The position numbers and the translations under genes are program-made. A stretch of DNA of 64,000 bases from contig JAWMAR010000396.1 of NCBI GenBank assembly GCA_036785375.1, forward strand, positions 1,116,001-1,180,000. The letters are read 5' to 3'. This document shows positions 55,624 to 64,000 of this stretch, in pieces (position 1 is the stretch's first letter; each line of letters starts with the position of its first letter). The DNA comes from Leucoraja ocellata (lineage: Eukaryota). The notes under the pieces were generated by a model, which was not told the DNA's origin, ran no database searches, and saw nothing but the letters and a program-made list of their open reading frames with translations.

Positions 55624-56624
55624 GTAAGAAAACATATACAATATCAGAATATATTATGCATATCTTACAGTGTAATAATTAGTGGAACCAATCAGATCAA
55701 AGTAAATTGCAGTTCTCATTGGTATTCTAATTTACGGTATAATCTGAAATATTAGTGTAAAATATGGATAACTTCAGAGTTCTTCCACTAAATAGTTCTC
55801 CATATGATGGGAATATTTTTTTTGTTTTACTCTCTTTTTTGTATGGCTTTGTAAATATTTGATTAGTGTATAAATGTAAATAATTTGGTGTACATATAGC
55901 TGCTGGTGTACATATGGTGTACATATAGCTGCTATATTTGTATAAGATAATTATAAGCAGTTGAATAAGGGGTGGGAATTAATAAGCTTTGGCTTCTTCC
56001 TGCTCCTTTTCGTACACATACGATTTCATTTATTTATAGATATTGTTTATGACTTTATAAATATTTTTGTTTTGTTTTTTGTATGCTGTTTCACACTTGC
56101 TTTTTATTTTTGTTTTATTCTGTTCGAAATAAAGAATTAAAAAAAAATAATAATAATGAATATGATTTATCCAATTATTGATCTGATAGTCAACAAGCAC
56201 CAAAGATGTTTACAATCTCATACTCGTACTAGGTTTCACAGGGCTGGGAATGACTCCATGTCTCTGGGTTCTGCCAATGTAGGACACCCCAATTCTGCCA
56301 CAGGAGAAAAAAGGTGGAGGAGAAGTTTGGGAGATGTATTCTTTCTTCCCTTTTCATTGGATGTCTGTTTGCTCCCAGGAAAGAGAGTCAAGAGAGTCCC
56401 GATTCTGAATTCTCCTACTTCATTCTGTGCAGTAGATGTTACTTGCAACCGTTTATAAAGCTTTCATTATGTTTATAAACTTTGTGGTTTAAACTTTATA
56501 CATTTGATAGTTTATAATGCTCCTCCACCATGTAGAGTGGTCACAGAGGAATAAAAGTGCAATAGTTTAGAAAGATGGAACTCTGTAAAAATTCTGAACG
56601 TTTATTTACTATGGAATTCCACAG

Positions 56625-56711
56625 ATGACATTGAGCCAAACAGTCTGTCCAATATTCCAGGGATGGGCATTCCAGAGCAACTGAAACAAGCCTTGGAGCT
56701 GGAACAGACCT
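56625..56711 (+). CDS. WDR33: WDR33 exon 13, DIEPNSLSNIPGMGIPEQLKQALELEQT(C)
   Basis: cacag|AT ... ACCT|gtaagt; 87 nt, phase 1-1. Confidence 0.94.
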
Positions 56712-57384
56712 GTAAGTAGTCTACAAATAATTTAAACATTTACAACCAGGAGACTGAAGCTTCACATTGTGTGCTGAAAGTTTTTACTAACTTGTTGTGG
56801 GCCAAGCAATCAGATAGTGGCTGACATTGATTTAAATTTAGAACTGTGCACTATTAAGGACTAATTACATGATGCAAAATTCACTGAAAAAAAATTATTA
56901 TGGCGCGGCTGATGCATTCGGCATGAAAACCTCTGGAGGAGGAAGTCCGCCATTATTCATAAATTGGCAAGCAGGTCGGGCATCTGTGATACTTGATGGG
57001 GAGTCTCTGACACTTGATGGGGAGGATGAGGTGAACATGTCGGCCACAAAATAATGGCTAGGCTTCAGAGGAAATATGGGTTTGGCATAGTAAATCTTGA
57101 TTAATTTTAAAATTTGCTTTTCTCTCAGTGACATTTTAATAAATGTTCATTTTCAGTTGTGCTAATCATACTGTGATTAATTGACAGCCCAAATAATATA
57201 TAATTATTGAGGGGGTTAACGGTCCTTTGACTGGTACTGTTAAGGTTCCAGCAGTTCCTCCATTTAAATAGATTTTGGCTGCATATATGGTATGTGAATG
57301 TGTTGAAATGAGTCATTCCAAAAATATTTCAAAAATATTCTGTCGAGTTTCATAGCCTTATAAAGCATGTGTTTTTTTTTGTAG

Positions 57385-57524
57385 GCAAAGAAGAGGTGAA
57401 TGAAGTGGAGATGGCAATTCCTGGATTGGACTGGGGCATGGATGAAATGATGTTGAAGGATCAAAAGAAAGTGATACAGAAGAAAGTCCCTTATGCAAAG
57501 CCAATTCCTGTACAGTTCCAGCAG
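57385..57524 (+). CDS. WDR33: WDR33 exon 14, KEEVNEVEMAIPGLDWGMDEMMLKDQKKVIQKKVPYAKPIPVQFQQ
   Basis: ttgtag|GC ... CAG|gtcagt; 140 nt, phase 1-0; KKVPYAKPIP motif. Confidence 0.95.
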
Positions 57525-58086
57525 GTCAGTCAAAATCAATACAATTCAATCCTATGTGACACTGCTGTAATACTGAGTTATTTGGATTGACTTGCAGGAA
57601 ACTCTACTAAATTTTTCATGTTTCAGGATACCCCAAAGCAGTTTAGAAATGATTTTGGATCCTGGTTACCATCCTGATTTGTAACATTGAGAGAAGGAGT
57701 TTATATCAGTTAAGAGCGAGAATGTGGGATGTCTTACTCAAAAATGAGCACCTCGCATATTGTTCAACTTATTTATTTCAATGACAGACTGTATTGTGCC
57801 ATTGACACAATGTTTTATGTGTCATTCCAGCTGTCACTGTATGTCATGTTGTCACTTGTATGTGAATACCAGGCCAATAAACTAATTGATTAATTAATTA
57901 ATTGCTTCATGCCTCCAGTAGAAAAGTAGCACTGTTGAACGACAGCGAACAAAACCTCTTGCTCTATTTATAAACACTTTGAGTGAAGTAATGGGAATTT
58001 AAAGAAATGGAAACATGGGATGGGGATAAGCGATTTGAAGATGGGAGATTTATTTCAGTGCGAGAATGTTTTTCTTTCATCCACAG

Positions 58087-58239
58087 GCATGGTCTCAGAA
58101 CAAGGTTCTCACAATCCCTGTTGAGGAGCCAAAAATCGAGAGAACAGAAGAGAAGAAAAAGGATGAAAAGAAGAAATCTCAAGCAGAAATTGAGCAGGAG
58201 ATGGCTGCCCTGCAGTACACCAATCCATTGCTCCTGGAG
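58087..58239 (+). CDS. WDR33: WDR33 exon 15, AWSQNKVLTIPVEEPKIERTEEKKKDEKKKSQAEIEQEMAALQYTNPLLLE
   Basis: cacag|GCA ... GAG|gttaga; 153 nt, phase 0-0. Confidence 0.95.
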
Positions 58240-58517
58240 GTTAGAGAACACTTTCAAACTGTATAATTTGTCACTTTGTCATTCATGGTTTCCAGCTAAT
58301 GTGAAGTTTACAACTTTTGGACATTTTGTCCATTTGTTTTTGATGATTTTTGCCATTTAAAAATATTTTGCTACAGATTGGTTAAATACTTGATCTAATG
58401 GGATAATACATTTTTTTTAAAGTGGGAGATGAGGGGATAAATTTGGCAAGTCAAGATGTTGATATCATAGATGTGCACAATGATTTTATAAGCTTGGGAA
58501 GTCAGAGAGCAAAGGAA

Positions 58518-58830
58518 GGGCGGTAGGTTGGAGCAGTGGTAGAGTTGCTGCCTTATACCGCTTGCAGCGCCGGAGACCTGGGTTCCATCCCAACTATGGG
58601 TGCTGTCCGTACAGAGTTTGTACTTTCTTCCCGTGGCCGCGTGGGTTTTCTCTGTGATCTTCGGTTTCCTCCCACAGTACAAAGACGTACAAGTTTGTAG
58701 GTTATTTGGCTTGTGTTTGTATACTTCGAATAAGTGTAATTGTCCCCAGACAGTGGTAGGATAGTGTGTGCGGGGATTGTTGGTCGGTGCGGACTCGATG
58801 GGCCGAAGGGCCTGTTTCCGCGCTGTATCC
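58518..58830 (+). mobile_element. tRNA-derived SINE (HE1/V-SINE-like)
   Basis: A/B-box-like ggagcagtggtag / gggttccatccc; central cggtttcctcccaca...caaagacgtac; CR1-like tail gggccgaagggcctgtttccgcgctgtatc. Confidence 0.88.
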
Positions 58831-59065
58831 CAGACAGTAAAACAATTCCCAAAAGCTTAAATGTTTCTGATATGATTGGAGACAGAAGAAGAAAATTAGA
58901 AGAACATTTGCATTGTTTTAGTTCCCTAAAAGCAATGGAAGCTTCCATTATGTAATCCTGTAATAGACTTTCATGCCAAACTAAATTATTCTTTAGATAT
59001 CGTTATCTGTGATATTTTCCAAATTGCAAAAATATATATATTTTATGTACGTTTCTTCTGCGCAG

Positions 59066-60238
59066 CAACTGAAGATTGAGAGAATGGCACAGAAACAGGC
59101 TGAACAAGTTCAGCAGCAACAACAAGGACCTTCCATGGCACCACAGACCTTTCCAGGGCAAGGATTTATTCCACAAGGTCCACAAGCCTTTCAGCAGGCA
59201 CATCCACCTCAACAGATGCAGATGAACATGCCTCTTGGACATTCAGGACTGCAAGGCAATTTCAGAGCACCAGCACCTCCAGGACAAATGGGTCCTCAAG
59301 TACCCCCACTAATGCAGGGGCCTATTGGGTCCCAAGGATTAATGGGACCCCAAGCACACGCAGGACCACAAGGAATTCATGGTCCAGGAGGTCACCCTGG
59401 ACCTCCGGGGCACCCTGGACCCCAGGGGCACCCAGGGCCTCAAGGCCACCCTGGACCTCAGGGGCACCCAGGCCCTCAAGTTCACCCAGGACCCCCAGGC
59501 CACCCTGGACCCCAAGGCCACCCAGGACCACATGCTTCACAGGGTTTTCCAGGTCCCCAAAACCACCCTGGGCCACAAGGACCGCAAGGACCACATGCTC
59601 AGCAAGGTCATCCAGGTTCCCAAGGACATCCAGGGCCTCAAGGTCATCCAGGTTCACAAGGACATCCAGGGCCCCAAGGTCATCCAGGTTCCCAAGGCCA
59701 TCCAGGTTCACAAGGACATCCAGGGCCCCAAGGTCATCCAGGGCCCCAAGGTCATCCAGGGCCCCAAGGTCATCCAGGGCCCCAAGGTCATCCAGGGCCC
59801 CAAGGTCATCCAGCTTCACAAGGCCATCCAGGGCCCCAAGGCCATCCAGGTTCACAAGGTCATCCAGGTTCACAAGGTCATCCAGGGCCCCAAGGACATC
59901 CAGGGCCCCAAGGCCATCCAGGTTCACAAGGTCATCCAGGTTCACAAGGCCATCCAGGGCCCCAAGGATTACCTGGGACACAAGGAATGCAAGGACCATC
60001 AGGTCCAAGAGGAATGCAAGGCCCTCCGATGCAGGGACCTCAGCAGGGAATACAAGGACATCCCCAGGGAATGCAAGGACCGCAGGGACCCCAAGGGCCA
60101 GGGTGTGCACCAGGAGGACCACCACATTCTCAGCATGGTGCTTCAAACACACAAGGGCCACCTCATCAAACCTCTTCGTTCCAACAGCCAGCCAAGCCAT
60201 CATTGCTGGGTGATGGACCTAGAATGCCTTTTAACCAG
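59066..60238 (+). CDS. WDR33: WDR33 exon 16, large Gly/Pro/Gln-rich collagen-like exon ([11 protein letters not shown] ... [12 protein letters not shown])
   Basis: cgcag|CAA ... AACCAG|gtgagc; 1173 nt = 391 codons; both ends match recalled WDR33 (QLKIERLAQKQ; LLGDGPRAPFNQ). Confidence 0.96.
59391..59967 (+). repeat. Coding 18-bp minisatellite encoding ([12 protein letters not shown])n
   Basis: Repeated ggtcatccagggccccaa / ggtcatccaggttcacaa units, about 30 hexapeptides with a few interruptions. Confidence 0.95.
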
Positions 60239-61790
60239 GTGAGCTATTCTGTGTCGAGTAGGTGTTACAGAAGCCATATCTATACGTAATACACAGTAAT
60301 TGAAAATCCAAGGAAGCTCGTACCTATTATGTTTTAATGAATTGTTCAAAACCGATAACGGCTTAGCAAACGATGGGGATTTTAATCAAACGTTCTTCAG
60401 CCTGGATGATTGAAATCACTAAACTGCTGAATAAAATTTGCACTGCTACATTTTAAGGAAGTTAACTCCTAAAATAGTAAATAGGAATAGGAGAATTTGG
60501 AATACTTTATTGTCACATGTGACTAAGCACAGTGAGATTCTTTGCCTGCATACACAATGTGTACAAATTGCAGCCACCTACGGCGCTGACAAAGTTGCAA
60601 AGCACGCTGTCTCCCCCTTTTGTCCCCCCTCTCCCCCACCACAGCTGTTCCCCCTCGCCGAGACCCCATTCATTGTCCGTTGTTCCCCCCCCCCCCCCCA
60701 TTGTCCATTGATCTTCCCCTCACGATGGTTCTCCATGTTCTCATCGACCATGGGTCGACCCGCGAGGCATCGATGCCGTTGCGATGCTTCACTACCACCG
60801 AGGCCACATCGTCGCGTGTTTGCACCGCTGAGGCCTCTCCCCTGTCGACGCCCCACTTCACGTCTCCGTGGTGCCGACCTGGGCTCCAGCCGCGGGCTCC
60901 GTCGGCCGCTTCGCCCGACCCAAGCTTCTACCCATGAGGCCCCGGCCGGGCCCTGACCCGGGCTTCTACGCGGCAATCTCGAAGATATCGAGACCGCGGA
61001 GCCTCAATAAGGGCCTCCAGCTGTGTTCCCAGTCCACAGCCGAGGCCCGTCGGGAAACCTTCTGGCAGTTTGAACCGGTTCTTGGAATGCCAATCGGAGA
61101 GGCCAAGTGCAGAATGAATCCCAGAGCATATTTCAACGAGACAGGCACTATGATGAAAAATTTACTTGCTTTATGTACTTAATCTCCGTTCTTCTAGACA
61201 ATTGCATGCACTTTGCAGAGGAGGAAAGTGTGTTGGCACAATTTAGGATAAATGTTACTGTGCAGAAGTAAAGGTTATTCAAAAAATAAAGAGTTCACTT
61301 TAATGACACCACCAAAATATATTAAAAATATGGCTTTAATATTTCACTGATATTCCACGTGTTTCACTTTCAAGTTTCTTCAATATTTCTGGCAATATTC
61401 TAACGGTACAATAAACCAATTAATGAATGAAGTCTGTGGAACTGCTTCATCTGAAGAATCTATGATGGATGCAGTTATATTGTGCGCAAAGAACGATCTT
61501 GCACAATACAACAGGAAAATCTACAAATCTGTTGCAATTAGTGAATGACCTAATCTCGGCAAAATGCTATAACCTCAGTTCTAAAGTGTGACAATACAGT
61601 AAATAAAAGCCTTTTTATGCGCCCAGGACATATTGAGGAGCTCGAAAGCGTGACATTCTGGCCCAGGGTTGATTGCTGCCAGCTGCTTTACACAGACAGT
61701 GGTACACATAATCAAAGTATATCGAACCTACATTGGGCAGATTAACAACTCAAACCTGATTAATTTATCTTTTGAGTTTTAAGAGTTCAA

Positions 61791-62281
61791 ATAGAAACAT
61801 AGAAAATAGGTGCAGGAGTAGGCCATTCGGCCCTTCGAGCCTGCACCGCCATTCAATATGATCATGGCTGATCATCCAACTCGGTATCCTGTATCTGCCT
61901 TCTCTCCATACCCCCTGATACCTTCAGCCATAAGGGACTCCCTCTTAAATATAACCAATGAACTGGCCTCAACTACCTTCTGTGGTGGAGAATTCCACAG
62001 ATTCACCACTCTGTGTGAAAAATGTTTTTCTCATCTTGGTCCTAAAAGATTTCCCCCTTATCCTTAAACTGTGACCCTTTGTTCTGGACCTACCCAACAT
62101 CGGGAACAATCTTCCTGCATCTAGCCTGTCAAACCCCTTAAGAATTGTGTAAGTTTCTATAAGATCCGCCCTCAATCTTCTAAATTCTAGTGAGTACAAG
62201 TCGAGTCTATCCAGTCTTTCTTCATATGAAAGTCCTGACATCCCAGGAATCAGTCTGGTGAACCTTCTCTGTACTCCCTCT
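61791..62281 (-). mobile_element. 5'-truncated CR1 LINE
   Basis: ORF 61969..62241 MSGLSYEERLDRLDLYSLEFRRLRADLIE; (tagaaaca)n tail; highly similar to the 42.4-kb copy. Confidence 0.93.
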
Positions 62282-62501
62282 GGCTGAGAATGGATGGCTC
62301 AGTGGTCCACTTCTCAAACCTAATTTACTTCGGTTTTCTCCATGTATGTGTTTTTTGCAAGGCCACCTGGAACCCTGTGGACTCATTGCCCATTCTCAAC
62401 CCCTCCCCTTACCCGTTCTCTCAATCACATTCCTTTGTGTTTTAAGTCCCATTTCTTTCCTAAAAGGCAGTCGTGAATGAAATAGGATGGTAGAACAATG
62501 T

Positions 62502-62902
62502 AGACAAAAATACTGGAAAAACTTAGCGGATGAGGCAGCAGCTATGGAGCGAAGGAAATAGGCAACGTTTTGGGTCGAAACCCTTCTTCAGACTGATATG
62601 AGGGTGGGGAGGGCGAGAAGAAGAAAGGAAGAGGAGGAGCAAGCTGAGGGAGAGCTGAGAAAGTATGGACTCTCTGAAATTAGAGGTCAATGTTCATACC
62701 ACTGGGTGCAGACTGCCCAACCGAAATATGAGGTGCTGCTCCTCCAATTTACGGTGGTGCTCACTCTGGCCATGGAGGAGGCCCAGGACAGAAAGGTCGG
62801 ATTCAGAATGGGAGGGGGAGTTGAAGTGCTGAGCCACCGGGAGATCAGGTTGGTTATTGCAAACCGAGCGGAGTTCTGCGAAGCGATCGCCAAGCATACG
62901 GT
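62502..62902 (-). mobile_element. Penelope-like retroelement 3' fragment (GIY-YIG endonuclease C-terminus) with 14-bp TSD
   Basis: Minus ORF LGDRFAE...PVAQHFNSPSHS...RKLEEQHLIFRLGSLHP; TSD tggtagaacaatgt at 62488-62501 and 62903-62916. Confidence 0.88.
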
Positions 62903-64000
62903 TGGTAGAACAATGTGACACTTTCATTATATTCTGAATTAAATTTTTAATTCCTCAGCTTCTGTTTTGTGTTTTTGGATATCATATTTTGTTCCCTGCT
63001 ATACTGGTTGATGAATCAATTTGTAAATGGGTCAGAATGTTGCAGATCAAAGTCTATATTGAGAATCTTGAACGACTGTCCATTGAAACATTGTGGGAGG
63101 TCTTCATCACCTTGTTGACTGTGATCGTTTACAGATCAACAATAAACCAATGTTAGTTCTGATGGGTGGTAAAGTTCCTATGGTGAAGTTTGAAAAGGCA
63201 GCCGACCATGCCATGAAACATGTTAGTGTTTTAGCAAGGCCATATCTAAACTAGCTACTGTATTGCTTGCAGAATGGTTGTAGTTCCACACACTCCTGGC
63301 TGGCTTTTATGCTCACTCCTGCTGCCCCATCTTAACCTGGTTCAGCTGGCACTTCTGTGCTTGCTGACCTACGACAGATCTCAGCTACGCAACACCTATT
63401 TGAAAAATCCCATTGTTGGTTACAAATCCTTTCATGGCTTTATGCTATTGTTCTGTGTAATGTCCTCTGAGTTGTCTGCATCCATGCAGTTCTGACAAAT
63501 TTAGCAGAAACCTTCCGTTCATATCTCAGTGCCTGAAATTCTATAATTGCTTTTCAAACCCCCTCCATCGCCCTATTTCCATTTCTGCTTTTAAAACCTT
63601 TGTTAAAATGTACTTCTTGATCACTTTGGACACGTCCTCATTTTTCCTTCTAGGGGGCTGGGCATCAGTGATAATTGTCCTGTGAAGTGTTATGGGATTT
63701 TTTTAGGTATTTTAATAGTGCTGTGAGTTGATGTTACTGTCCTTCAGAATGATTCATTAAATGTGACATCCTTTTGGATATTTATCAGAATTGTAATAAG
63801 ATTACTGCCTAAAAGCATGCTTCTTGTGTAATTTAGTATTATAGAATTGGGGACATATTTTGCATAGATATGATTGACATTGGCCACCTTTAACCATGAA
63901 GTTCCCAGGATTGATCATATTAATTCCATTTTGATTTAAATGGACAATTCCAAATAGTTTGTGTAACTTAAACAATTCAGTGACTTTCTTTACAACCTCT

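Noticed and set aside
59322-60242. Long ORFs 59322..60203 (-) and 59379..60242 (+) overlapping exon 16
   Set aside because: Shadow frames of the 18-bp coding repeat, which lacks stops in those frames; no independent signals.
59009-60289. 426-aa ORF as a standalone collagen gene
   Set aside because: Bounded by splice sites and WDR33-specific flanking peptides; no signal peptide or collagen C-propeptide.
60438-61182. Cluster of overlapping ORFs in a GC/CpG-rich patch (possible promoter or gene)
   Set aside because: Low-complexity Pro/Arg translations in several frames; begins with a retroelement-like tail (tactttattgtcacatg), so most likely a young repeat.

Overview
Eukaryotic genomic DNA from a vertebrate. 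The repeat landscape (HE1/V-SINE-like SINEs, CR1, Penelope-like elements, Tc1) points to a cartilaginous fish, probably a skate or ray (inference). The whole window lies inside WDR33, the AAUAAA-reading subunit of CPSF/mPSF, on the + strand. I traced 14 consecutive coding exons (exons 3-16 by human numbering) with GT-AG boundaries and matching phases. The start-codon exon lies upstream and the C-terminal exons lie downstream of the window. The top finding is that exon 6 has a weak donor and reads in frame into intron 6 for about 104 hydrophobic codons, then stops just before a cluster of four AATAAA signals. The peptide resembles, from recall, the intron-6-encoded membrane tail of the human non-canonical isoform WDR33 V2 (reported ER/STING regulator). 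This suggests that a hidden second protein and its intronic poly(A) switch date back to the base of jawed vertebrates. The introns also hold a near-perfect 59-bp inverted repeat enclosing two AATAAA, a block-conserved ~260-bp duplication, a 32-bp minisatellite, and many transposable elements (Tc1 pair, hAT, Harbinger-like, Helitron-like, Penelope-like with hammerhead-like motifs, CR1, SINEs). No rRNA, tRNA or CRISPR features are supported.
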